This document shows, piece after piece, positions 1 through 12,635 of a stretch of 64,000 bases of DNA. Origin of the DNA: Camelus dromedarius (taxonomy: Eukaryota); contig NC_087447.1 of NCBI RefSeq assembly GCF_036321535.1, positions 33,110,001-33,174,000 on the forward strand, in the 5' to 3' direction. The number at the start of each line of letters is the position of its first letter. Position 1 is the first letter of the stretch. The position numbers and the translations under genes were made by a program. Below the pieces are notes generated by a model. The model had not been told where the DNA came from. It saw nothing but the letters and a program-made list of their open reading frames with translations, and did no database searches.

Positions 1-639
1 ATCCAGAAATTAGAGGGGGCTTTCCAAAGCTAGCTATTTTTGCCATCTGGCTTATCCCTTGTCAACATTACAAAGTAGGTGTGATTATACAAATCTAAAA
101 ATCTCCTCGAATGGCTTCCCTCCAGCCTCCCCAAACACCGCCTGCAAATGCTCTCCCTTCATGCATGACGGCCAGGGGCCTCTACTGGGCACCATACCCA
201 CGGCTGTGTGTCAGGTGGCGCGTTACCTCAATCTGAAAAAAACGCAACTATGAGGTAGGCGTTTTATTTTCATCTTACAAACGTAGTTATATGCTACAAG
301 GATTAGCAACTCCTGTTAAGTTAGCAGAAGATTCAAACTCAGGCCTCTTCCCTCTGAGCGTGTGGTCTTCCCCTACAATGTTTTCTTTCTTTCTTCTGTG
401 CTTCTGTCCATCTCTACGTGCTACCTTCCCACCTCCCACTTCTACCCCTGAGAAGCGAAGAAAGAGTTTTACACAAAAGCCAAATCACCGTGGTAGACTT
501 TCAGGCATCTAACACGTAAACTGGTAACTGTACAAATCTAAAAATACCCACAAATCTCCAAGGAAGGATGATTAAAGGCAGGTACTTGCATCTTTCCTGA
601 AATTCCATTAAGTTTATAATTACATTTTTGTTTTTTGTT

Positions 640-3110
640 TTTAAATTGTGTGTCTACAAGGGCAATGAGGAGACAAGAAAATTCTGGAAACTGGAAAGCA
701 GACGGAGTGATGACTGACTTTTCAGACCTGATAAAGCTTAATCCTAGACACTCAGGGAGAAAAGCCAAGGAACTATTTGTTTTGACCATAGAACCCAAAA
801 GCCTTAGGAACTGGCAACACCAGATTACCCCTCAGAGTGGCAGGTGAAGGTGGGTTGAGTGTCTCTTTAAGAAACAAATAAACACCCAGACCATCTTCCT
901 TATTCTGATCAGTTACACGACTGCCTCCCCGCCCTCAACCTGGGAGAAGAAGGGACATTTATGTTCTACACTAGGAAACACTATGCACAGCTGAATGCAA
1001 GTTCCATGCTGAATCGAGGAAAAGTAACTGAGAGCCAACAGAATGCTAAAAGATGGGCTTAGACTCTGGGCAGGAGTTTTGAAGAGTAGTTTCTAAGAAA
1101 ACCAACAAATTAAAAATAAGGTGTTTAAATATACTGTGAATCAAATGTTTCCAAAAAGAACAGAACAGATCACCTTATACTGAATTCTACTGTCAACCAT
1201 CATCTCCAATCACAGAGAGCTTTCAATTAGTGTTTTATCATCCAGCTCTTAGGTATGTGTGAAGAGCCTGGTTCAAACGTGGAAAAGCTTCTAATATAAA
1301 GACCGAAGCCAAAGCAAATTAGTGGACAGAAGCAGTGAAAAGGACATCGGGACTCTACCAAGAAAAGAACATTTCAAATAAATTATCATAAATGTCCTCA
1401 GAGAAAAATGACACTGTGGTCATAAAACAAAAACAACATGCTATTCAAAAAATATACATTGTCTTTTCTCAATTGTATATTCCTGCCTCCTTTGTCAAAG
1501 ATTAATTGACCGAAAGTGTGTGGGGCTATTTCTGGGTTCTCTGTTCTGTTCCATTGATCCATGTGTCTGTTCTTGTGGCAGTATCAGGCTGTTTTGATTG
1601 CTGTAGCTTTGTAGCGTTGTCGGAAACATTAAGCTGTACACTAGGAATTGATACAACAGTGTAAACTGCTTAGACTTTAATAAAAAATATAAAATAAAAT
1701 TAAAAAAAAAACACAGGAAAAGTGTTTTTAAAGTCCAAAAAGGACAGTAGAAATGAAAAGCTTGGTATATGCGTTGGAAGATAAAGTGGAAAAATTTCCC
1801 AGACATTAGATGAAAATGACAAATATGGAAATAAGAAAGAAAATAAGAAAACTGGAGAATCAGGAAATCCAGCATCAAAATAACAGGAGAGCCAGAAAAA
1901 GCAAAAGGAGACCAAAAAAAGTGGGGTGTGAGTGTGAAACAAGCCACCAAAGACATAATTCAAGAATAGTTACAGACCTAAAAGCTATGAGTATTGAGAT
2001 TGAAAATGATCACTGAGTCCCCTGCAGAATGAAGGAAAACTATCCCGTATCATCATGGAATTTAAAACCACCAACTACAAAACAAAGAATAAACAGTCAA
2101 AAGGCATTGGACTTCTCAAAATCCATACCAGAACCTAGAAGACAACAGGAGAATGCCTCCAAAAGTCTGAGAAAAAAAAAATCACTTACAACCTAAAATA
2201 CAATGTCTTGTTATATTATCAGACAAGGATGAAGGTCAACTTTAGCAGACATGTGTCTTTTGCTTACTGTGTGCCAGTTTTCTAGGCAATTTTTTAAGTA
2301 TTCATGTGCTTAATAAAAGACATTTTTCAGAGAAGTGAGGTGTCAAATTTGTTTTCTCCCACGTACCCTTTCTCATACAACCAATGGAGAATGTGCCCCA
2401 TCAAGCCAGAGCAGTAAACCAGGAAAGAATACTCATGGTAGACAGGAACAGGGGTTCCCACCCCAGGGAGAGGCAAAGGGGATCCTCAGAATCATGGCGA
2501 AGAGAGATGCCCGGGACACGAGATCTGCAGTGAGCCTAGAAGTCAGCCTACCTTTGGGGGAGATTTTTTTTCAAGAACATGAAAGGGTTCATGTCCTTGA
2601 GGGTATTTATACAACTGGTGAGAGTTTAGGGATAAATAATGATAAATCTATAGTAAACTAAGCAAGAAGGTGAATGAACTAGATGATTATTAATGACAGG
2701 GGAACAAAGAATTGTGCGAGAAGGGAAACCAATATACCTGCTAATAATTCACTTACCAACAGCAGGCACATGGTCGTGGTAACATAAACACAGAATACTC
2801 AACTAACGATAAGATGTGCGCTGAGGTGTGTTAAAAATAGCCAAATCCCTGCCTTACGCGGTGAAAAGTCAACTAAAAAAATGCCCAAGGTGGAAATGTG
2901 AAGAAGTAGCAAAGATAAATGCTATTTAGAGACATGCACAAAAACACCAAAAAAGAATCTGTTAAAAGCATTGAAAGTGGTTGCCTCTAGGGATAGGAAA
3001 TGGGAAAAGTTTTCCAGGGGATTAATCTCTGTCATAAAGCCTTCTAGAACCATTTAGCTCTGTAAACAACATGTGTGTATAAATTTGATAGAAATACAAA
3101 TTAATTTTTT
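640..3110 (+). mobile_element. HAL1-like (half-L1, ORF1-only) old LINE, near full length, interrupted by a younger L1 at ~1460-1715
   Basis: Degenerate A-rich ORF1-like sequence (1810-2016, MENxRKKIRKLENQ-like). 3' end gaaagtggttgcctct...atgtgtgtataaatttgatagaaata resembles the HAL1/L1ME terminus. Confidence 0.65.
1460..1712 (+). mobile_element. Short L1 insertion with 5' inversion (inverted ORF2 fragment plus extreme 3' end and poly(A))
   Basis: 1460-1625 is antisense L1 ORF2 (QWNRxExPEIxPHxxGQLIFDKG region). 1626-1712 is a sense L1 3' end (gctgtacactaggaattgatacaacagtgtaaactg...aataaaaaa) with an A-rich tail. Confidence 0.8.
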
Positions 3111-3134
3111 CATGTGCATAAATAGATTCTTCCT

Positions 3135-3365
3135 CTGAGGCAGCAAAGCATAACGGTTAAGAGTCAACAGACTGCTTGAGTTCTAATCCTGGCTCTTTTA
3201 CTTATAACTATTTGACCTTGGGAAAAACTGCTTAAAAATCACTCTGCCTCAGTTTCCTCTTGTGTAAAAGAGAATGATAATACCTTCCTCAGAGTTTGGT
3301 GAGGATTAAATAACATGCCATTTGAACAGTTACCAGCTCAATGCATATTTATGATCATTATTATT
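3135..3365 (+). mobile_element. MIR SINE
   Basis: ggttaagag...ttctaatcctggctct...tgaccttggg...ctctgcctcagtttcct...tgaggattaaata MIR core. Confidence 0.8.
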
Positions 3366-5129
3366 AGTGCAAATCCTATGTTTGAGGGTAATTTGTATGT
3401 CTAAATAATAAAAGAATAAAACTAAAACGTCACTTAATTTTATTTTGACTCCAAGTTGCATATACTGGCCCACAATTATAATCTAAAACATTCTGAGAAC
3501 CAACAAACTAACATTCTTAATAGTAACAACTTATTAAAGAACCCTTTAGTAACTATAGTTGCTTAGTACAATCATTTATTTAATGTCTATTTGAAAAAGT
3601 ATAGGTTCTTTAATATTATATCTATGTAAAGAATATTTACAGCCCTTAATAGTCTAACATTCCTCCACTTAATAATTTGAGAAATTGATGGAAAGTATTA
3701 ATATGCCTTGTAGGGGAAAATGAATTAACTTCCATTTATAATTCTCCCTTTACCAAAAAGAAATGGTTTCAAAATCTGTCTTCATATTTTGTGAGCACTG
3801 ACTAATTTTTTAATATTTTTAGTGCCTATGTGAGTAGAAATCCATTCAGCTAAAGTGTGACAAGAAAAAAGGTGAGGCTCCTCAACAGCCCTCAGGACAG
3901 AATATAATTTTCCCTCATGGAGATGAGGACTTTCTCTGCTGCATATGTATGAGTCTGCTGGCTTCACCAGTGAGAAGACAGACAGTTCTGCAGCAACTTA
4001 GAACACTTTTCTTTGCTGAGCTAGTCTGGTGTGGGATGTCAAAGGACGAGAATGTACATACATAAGTGGTCAACTGAAGATAAACGTTCATTGTGGTTTG
4101 GCCCCAATGTTATGTTAAAAGTGAAATATACCAGGATGCTCTAAGCCACTAATGAGTCATGTCTGAGTATCTATGGTGCCACCCATCATCCTGTGTTCCT
4201 CTGGTCATACAAAGAGATGCTTTACCAAGACATTCTCGTGATACTAAAGCAACTTATGGTCAGCAATCTGTTTCCTGAAGGAGCCTGCCAGACAGACAGC
4301 TCGTCAAATCTAATTACCAGCAGAAGAACAAGAATCTATCACTTGTCTAGTACCTTGCTCATACGGCCCCAGTGAGCTTTATGAATGCAATAATAGCACA
4401 GTGCACTGGAGAAAACCTGGGGGACACTGTCTAAGACTCTCGTTGAGGTCTGGGCACCACAAAGACTATTATGTGATAAAACCAAGTAATTATGTTCAGA
4501 TAAATATACAATGTGCCAGGTTTGCTGAGCTTAAATTCAATCACAGGAAATAGTGCTTTCTAATACCTGTGGACTACTTGGGTACTGTTTGATAAAAAGA
4601 GTTCAGAAGCTCTCAATCTACCTAATGTGTATGTAGATAACTGAAGTGTTGGTTGGTGCATCTGAAAATTAAGAAGAGCGTTTTCTTTCATTCATCTCAT
4701 CTGGAGAAATTTCAGTTCCTTATTTGCAACATCTAACTCAACTATGGCAGTTAGCAGAGTGTATCAGGAAAAAAGTTCAACTCACAGTGGAGTAACATTT
4801 AATGTTCTGTGCACAGCAAGGGGGAAGGAGAAAATAAGGGAGGGTGGGTGGGAGGAAGGAGGAAGCACTGGGAGAAATATTTTAGACTGTGGGTGACTCC
4901 TTCCGCCACTCCACTCCACTTCAGCTGTGGCTGCCATAAAATGAAAGAGTTGGAGATGGGAGATGGGAATTGGTTACTGGGTGACTCAGGCTCCTGCATT
5001 CCCACATGCCTCTAATACCATCAGTCTTTTACTGAACACAGTTTTAATGTTTAAAGACACCGTATTCATTCTGGTTGTCTTCAATGTGGTTCCAGATCCT
5101 GACATTATCTTCCATCTGGTGCTTGACTC

Positions 5130-5990
5130 AAGACTCTCGTCTATCTCAAGACGAAGCTATTTTGGGGCTCACACCAAAAGTCCAGGAATCATCCTTCTTG
5201 ATACCTTATTGTCTCATACTCACACCCAATCCATCAACAAGTCCTTTGGGTTCTAAATTCAAACAATTGCTCCAATCCAACAACGCTGAAGACCTCCAGA
5301 GCTGCAACTGTAGTCCGTCATCTCTCACATCAACTACTGAAATGTCCTTCTACTTGGTCTTCCTGCTTCCATTTCTGCCTCCTTATGCTTGAAAGTCCTC
5401 ACAGTAGCCAGAGTACTCCTTTCCAAAGATAAGCCTAATCACACTAGTTACTACCCTTCTCAGAGAGATGCCACTGACTTCTCTTTATGCATAGAATAAA
5501 ATCTGGTGCTCGCTTTGGCAGAACTTGCAAGTCCCTGGTGATCTGAACTTAGATCCTCTGAATGGAACTGCTACACAGAAAAATTATTTTTTCCTGATCA
5601 CTTACTCCCACCCCCCAGGTCTACTTGCAGCCCTTCAGCATCTCGAGCCTCAGTAATTTCACGCTGGCTGTTCCCTCTGCCTTGCAACAGTCTTCCTGGA
5701 TTACTACGTAGCTTGCCTCCTCACTAGCTCAGGCCTCTGCTCAGATATCACCCCATCAGAAAGGCTGCTTATGTCGGAGAAAAGCCTCCCCCTATCCTTT
5801 ATGCTGTAGCTCCTTACCCTGCTTTATTTTCCTTTATGGTACGTATCACTAACTTGTGTACACATATTTATTTGCTCATTTGTATTCTTTAATTCCCCAG
5901 CTGCAGGGACTTAATCTGTTTGGTTCCCTGTAATACCCACCATGTCTAGAACAAATCTTCACACTCAATAAATATCTGTTGACTAAAGGA
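5130..5990 (+). mobile_element. L2 LINE 3' region
   Basis: ccaatccatcaacaagtcc...cacagtagccagagt...ctgttccctctgcc... ending actcaataaatatctgttgact. Confidence 0.8.
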
Positions 5991-6864
5991 ACTGAGAAAC
6001 TATGCCAAGCCGTACTTTATAGGAGATTTAAAGGATTTGATGGTAATCTTGATTGTACATAAATTGCATCTCAGAATTTATTGGCCACATATGACACCAC
6101 TCTAAACCATATGATCAGGACAACTGTATTAAAATTCAACTTAAATACACATCTACTAAGCAGGGTGAACTGCTTTATTGACATCAGCTGGGTTCCCAAG
6201 AGTTAGGCAGGCTAAATTCTGGAAGAGCAATCATTTCTGAGAAAACAGAAAAATAATGGTCTTTTATTCACAGTGGTCTAGAGAAACACCTCCCTGGTAT
6301 TTTATTTCTTCTTCTCCGTAAAACGTCACTTCTGTAAAGCCTTCCCACTGTAAGTCGCCCCCACAACGCCCTGTAATGGTACTTCCTTTAAGGCACAATA
6401 GAATTATAAAGTTATCAAAAGTTTACCCATCACAGATTAGAACACCCTTAAGGACAGGGATGGTATCTTATTCATCCCTGAATCTCCAAACTCTAACGCA
6501 ATATTTGGTATATAGTAGATGCTCAATAAACGTTTAAGGTTTTAAGTCAATCACCTTTTCCCTGTTTCTACAGGCACAATGTCAGGGGTTCTTTGTCCGA
6601 GACCAGATTTACGTTAAGTTTACATTTCTCAGGGAGATCTTTTTTCACTTCCCTGACCGCTGGCCTCCATTTGATCCTGTGACTTTACACCTCTGAGTTC
6701 TCTATTTCCTAAGCTTGGGTAAAACTCTTGTTTCTCTGAACACTCCCCTTAAGAAAAATTATGACTACCATTTCCTGAGCCTATAACTGCCAATGCTTGT
6801 CAAGCTTCTTCATCTCATCTCTGCACAACACTTGTGCGGACCAAATGGATTCACAGAGTGTGAA

Positions 6865-7465
6865 TGTAATAAGTAATCTTATGTGTCAACTTGACTGGAC
6901 CACAGAGTGCCCAGACATTTGGTCAAACATTATCCTGGTGTTACTGAAAGGAGAAAAATGGTTATCCTCCTTTCAGAAAGAGAGACATGTACGTGAGGAA
7001 AGAGAAAGGACCACATACACTTCTCCCACTGGAAGTGCCCAACCACAGCAGACTCCAGCAGTGATTAGATGTTGATGATGAAAGTGTGTTTGGATGAGAT
7101 TAACCTTTAAATCAATAGATGAGTAAAGCAAATTGCCTTCTATAATGAGGATCGACCCCATCTAATCAGGTAAAGTCCTGAATAGAACAAAAGTTGACCC
7201 TCCTTCAAGGACGAGAGAATTCTCCTGCCTGACAAGCCTTCATACTGGAACACTGTCTCTTCCTGACTGATGGCCTTCAAATTGGTACATCGGCTTTTCC
7301 TGGTTCTACAACAGCTTCTAGTCTTTGGTCTCCAGTTGGGACACTGGCTTCAGGACATGGTCAGCCTCCACAATCACATGATCCAATTCCTTATAATAAG
7401 TCTCTGTGTTTATATGCGTGTGTGTGTTCTCTATTGGGTCTGTTTCTCAGGAGAACTCCAATACA
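6865..7465 (+). mobile_element. MLT2 (MLT2C/D-like, ERVL) solo LTR carrying a ~135-bp foreign insert
   Basis: tgtaataagtaatcttatgtgtcaacttgactggaccacagagtgcccagacatttggtcaaacatta...ggatgagattaacc...gagaactccaataca. Flanked by gtgaa/gtgag (degenerate 5-bp TSD). Confidence 0.85.
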
Positions 7466-8110
7466 GTGAGTAAGGAACTGTACCAAGACCACATCGTCAA
7501 GAAGCTAGAGAGAAAGAAATTCAATCAAGGTCTGTTTCCAAAGTCCACAGTTTAACAAACACCACCCATGGGATGTTACAAAGGAACAACTTTCATTTTA
7601 GCTCTGACTCTAAGGAAGGATTTTTCTTTGCTCCTAGATAAAATCATGGACTTAGTCAAGTCCCATAACCTTGAATGCCGGGAAAGGGAGGTGGGATGGC
7701 CTTCAGACTGTACCAGCCCAGCTAGCATTGCCAACCAACTGCTGCAGGCTCTGAAATTAAAAACAATCTTGAACCCATAAAAAAAAAAATTATTCGCTCT
7801 TAGAAAGTCTTGTGAACAACTGACTAACTCTAGACATTAACCCAAAGCCAAAACTTGCTTCAGCATCTAATCACTGCTGGGGTCTACTGTGGATGGGCAC
7901 TTCCAGTGGGAGAAAGGGAGGTGGTCCTTTCTCTTTCCCCACCAACATGTTTCCCTCTTACAAAGGAGGCTAGTGATTTAACTCCTTCCAGGATCAGGTT
8001 GGAGAGAAGAAATCAGGAGAAAATGACACATCTTAGACAGTAGGGGCAGTTGTCACTTGGGGTAGGGATCTCTGGTGCCAGGTGCAGAGTCATGGACTCT
8101 CTCCTGAGTA

Positions 8111-8146
8111 CCCCCCCCCCCCCCGCACACACACACACACACACAC
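8111..8146. repeat. Compound (C)14/(CA)n microsatellite
   Basis: Directly visible. Confidence 0.95.
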
Positions 8147-8756
8147 TACACTGACCTGGGTAACGACTCTTTCAGGGGGCCCCTATAGCTTCAAATCCTG
8201 TTTCTCTTTCAATCCATGGACACTCACTGCCCCACTGTCACTTCCTTGCAACATTCTTGGCAAAACTTGGCTCCAGTCCAGCATGTTGGCCAAGAGGAAG
8301 GGCCCTTCAGGGAGCGCTGTTACTTCCCACCAGAGCAGAAGCTCACTTCTGCTTCAGCTCCAGAGCAGTTCACCAGCCTGTCTTCCAACTCGCCAGGCTT
8401 CCCCAGATAGGGGCTCAGATTCCAGTTCATTGTGTCACCAAACTTTAGAAGCCACATATGAGGATCCCCAAGTCATCTGATTAAAGGGCTCCTAGGCTTG
8501 GTAAGAGAAAAGGTGCGGGTGCATTTGGAGGTGAAGAGACTTGCAGGACAGATTTCTCCAGAAAATTTCTCAAAAATGCTAGCTCTACTCCCTCGAACGT
8601 TCCACATCCTTGAAGTGGGTGTGATGCTCAAGAGTCATGAAGCGGGCTCAAAAATATAGAAACAGAAGTGTCCGCCTGGTGGTCTGGCATCTCACTCTGA
8701 AATTCTACACTGACTGTATCTTGAAGGACATAAAGCATTCTAGTCTAACATCTTCT

Positions 8757-9176
8757 TGTAGTGGACACTGTTGTTGGTCCCTTCCCCATATCACCAGGGG
8801 TCTTACCATTCCCTCCCATACCTGCCTGATTTCCCACTTCCAGCATCTGCATCTCTGAGCCAGAGGGGAAGCTGGCAATAGACAAGGGCTGGGAAATTAG
8901 TTTTCCTCAGGAGCAGCCATCCACCAATGACTCACCCCCGAGGGGAGACACCCCTGGGGCACAGTTCTGCAAAGTCCCCGTAAGGACTGAGCTCCCATTG
9001 CCCACAGTTACAACTTACTTCTTTTAAGTCAAGCACCCAGCATTGTCCATCTTCCCCCTCCAGTCTGACTCTCTCATTCCCCTACCAGTGTTTCTTGTGC
9101 TTAACTCCCAAATAACATTTATCAGCTCAAATCCTTTCCTTATCGTCTGCTTCTGGGGGAACCCACTCTGAAATAT
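8757..9176 (+). mobile_element. LTR16-like (ERVL) solo LTR
   Basis: Starts tgtagtggacactgttg; ends tctgcttctgggggaacccactctgaaata, like LTR16 termini. Confidence 0.6.
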
Positions 9177-9849
9177 TCTTATATTCTTAATCATTCTGCT
9201 ACAGTGCCATTGTCTTGACACAGCATATCCTTCCCTCCAAGTTTTCCCCCGCAGCCTAGAGCGAGAGCCCTCAGGAAAGGTAGTCACTGACGAGAGCAGT
9301 CAAACAGCTACTGCGATGACCCCCGGCTCCACAGTCTAACGAAGTGAGCACTTTTAGGTCACTGGCAGTTTAAGAGCATTAACATACCCCAGGGAGTCAG
9401 GCTGAGACCTGCTACATATTTCAGGCTAACCAAGCAGTCAAAGCATGGTGATGGCTTTAAGCTACTTGTGACCTCCTGAGGCTAAAGTCAAGAGTTATGT
9501 TGACTTCGAAAGAAAAATACCAGTATTAGTAGATCCAACCACAGCCGACCTACCTTCTAGACCTCAACTGTCACCCCTAAGGGTGACCCAGTAGGATTCA
9601 TTTTCCACCTGGCTTCAGATTCAGATCAGTAGCCCTTCACTTCTGACTGTTAACTACCTGGTGAAGACATAAATCCACTCCATGCAGCATCTGTGTGTTC
9701 AGGGCAAGTCCCACCATTCTGTGTAATCTATATTTTGGTCTTTGCAAGAATTATATATAATTATACAGAGGCAGTTCAGTAGAGGTAAAAATTACCTATC
9801 ATATGCATATGAAGTGAAGGAACCTTGAAAAAATAAATGCCACAAATAT

Positions 9850-10290
9850 GAATGGGTAGTATAGAGTGGTTTTTACGTGCCAGACACTGTATAAGCAATG
9901 AAGATGAGAAAGACATTAGTTCTGCCTTTGAGGGAACCGCAGGCTGGTAGTGGGGACAGCTACAGATGTGACATGTATGCCAAGTGCTGGGACATCTGTA
10001 AGAACTGTTTGCAATGGGAACAGAGAGGGTGTGTGTGTGAATGCTAAGGGAACTGGGAAAGTCTTCAGTGAGGAGGTACCACCTGAGTTGATTCTTTAAA
10101 GAGGAGGGAAATTTCCCTCAACAGTTAAAACCTAGAGACAATTCCAAGCAGAAATACCAGCAAGTAACAAGCGGGAGAGTAACAGGAGCTCAGGGTGATT
10201 CCCACTAGAAGTGGAGGTGAGAAGGGTCGTCACTGAACCTGGACAAGCAGGCAAGAGCGAGTAAGAGCTTTTCAGAAGGAATTGGGTATG
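9850..10290 (-). mobile_element. L2 fragment
   Basis: cgtgccagacactgt...gggaaagtcttcagtgaggaggtaccacctgagttgattctttaaag antisense L2 motifs. Confidence 0.6.
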
Positions 10291-12635
10291 TTTTCAATTT
10301 TACTTTGCTAGCCTGTCTCTGTGAACACATTTACAAAGAGAAAGAATATAATCTGCAATCAGGAGACATAATAATCAGATTGTTTCAGGAAATAGGAGGG
10401 AAGAGGAGACAGAGATGGATGACTGCACAGCTGTACGAAAAGCAGCTTCTTGATGACACATCTTCATTTCCAGTTTCCTAGCTATACTGAAGCTGTTTCC
10501 TCCCCCCAAACCCTGCCCCTGACGTTTGCTTGGATGTAATCTCGTCAAATTGCATTCCAATTCTCCTTCCAAATCTAGTTCAGAAAAATATATTTTGCTA
10601 AGAAACCCAGTTTTGCTGTTAGCTTTGTTGTTAGCCAGATGATCTAAGCAGAAAAGCCCATTTACCTTACAATATATCCTGGGGGTTTCCTAAGGAGACC
10701 AACTCTGTGTTTTAACTGCTGGAAGAATAAGGCAATTACTTTCCTGGAAAACAGAAAGTCTGAAGGCTAGCGACAAACTTAAGAAAGCTCAGGTGTAAGA
10801 TTTAGGAGCTGAACTTCTGTGGACAGGGGAGATAAACACAAGCCCCGGCAAGCAGCAATGGAGGGAGGTGTTGGCTCCCCAGATCACTCTCCCAAGATAC
10901 ACTAAAAGCCTCAAGATCGTCTCCAGGGCTCTTATTCTCTCTGCTCTTCATTTGTAGACTGCAGTTCCCCCAGAAATTAGTTCATCCCCGGCCAGCGTGT
11001 CTGTCATTTCAGATCATAACCGTTCCCTCCGCTCCCTGCCATGTCAGGGAAGGGTGAAGGAAGGTGCTTCTGGAAAGCATTTCAGTGAGTGTCTGAAGGC
11101 CATGAGGCTCGCTCAGCTACTGTCAGACCCCCCTGAGCTGCACACAGTTGCATTGCATCCCCCTCAGTGGCCATCTCAGCACAGCTGGGCTCTTTCAGAA
11201 ATGGCTGTGAAATGTCCTGTGAAAAGAAGGAACCGTGAAACTCTACTTAATGGCAAAGAGGAAGCGCACCCAGCAGACAGCGCTATTCAGCCCGTCGGTC
11301 ATTTCATTGATGATCACCAGCGTGTCTGCCACCTTTACAGCCCCAGGAGTTAGTGACAAAGACAAGCCCAGCCCAAGATTGTTGAAAATGGCTGGTGGGC
11401 AAAGATGACTACCCAGGCAGTTTGAGAGATTTCAGCTCCCTTGGGCATGTGCACGCCCTCCTGCTGTCCAATTTCAATGCTTCCTTTTCGCCCAACCCCT
11501 TCCCTGCACACACAGGCTTTTTTCCATAAACTGAGCAAATGGTACTTTCCAAGTTAACCCTACTCAATATATACTTAACACATGCATTTGTTTGCTGGGC
11601 ACTGAATTTTTTTTAAGGCAACTATCTGTTAATTCATTCTGATGGTGCAATTTCCATACTGTAATTTCTTGGGTAGCAAGGAAATGGCATTTTTCCAACA
11701 GCCCACTTTCTTCAGGTACCGTTATGAGGGTTCCATTTAGTCTTGCAATTCGTCTTATATTTAAATGTACGCTGCCTTCACAGAGACACATTTATTATTT
11801 TCATTGCCTAATGTTATGAAAAGAAATTTCCAGCACAGATCAGTGGACTACAATTCTGAGACAGTTTGATAGCTGAATGACCAGGCACATGGAGAGGGGG
11901 TGGTTAAATACACACACAAGCTTTTTTGCATCTGGTCCGCACTGCTCCTTGGACATAGGCATCTTTCCTTCTTGCCCTACACCTCCTCCCTCTGCAAACC
12001 TCTGACGTTGTTTAGTTCACTGCTGTCTACTCACCCTCACGAGTCAGCTTAAAATTAACTTGTTCAAACCATCAAAGACCTCTATCCCCAAACTAAGACT
12101 AAGGTTTTGTTTTGAGCATCACACCCCTGATAGTAAATATCTGACAAATTTTTGGTTCACCAAGAAGTGTAGGGTGAATTAATCCATGAATGCGTGTCCT
12201 ATCCTGACCACTGGAATCACTAATATCCCTCTCTGTACTCTCAAAAATGCCACATGATGTGTGTTACAGTACCTGGTTGCCTTTATGATCAATACATTAG
12301 AAGAAGAGTGTATTCTGCTTTCAAAGAATCTGCATTTGACTCCGAGCTCTAGTGTCTTTGTTGTGTAGCCTTGAAGAACAACTCACTCCCCCTCTTTAAA
12401 CTCAGTTTCATCATCTGTAAAACAGGGTCGATGACAACATCTCCCTCAACAGTTATCTCAGAAATAACAGAATGAAAATTACTTGGATAACAGGCCAGTT
12501 GCTATGTAAGTCACAGTTACCTATCACTCTAATTGCAGCGTGTATAGTAGCAGCTATAGAACAAACAAGTCAAGGAAGGTACTACGGAATAATGAAGAGA
12601 CTTCCCAGAATTAGAAACTCAGCTTCATTCTGGCA

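Noticed and set aside
6973..8043. Two ORFs sharing the peptide HLITAGVxCGWALPVGE, which look like paralogous small proteins
   Set aside because: Explained by the inverted DNA duplication; the frames diverge outside the 132-bp block and there is no coding evidence.
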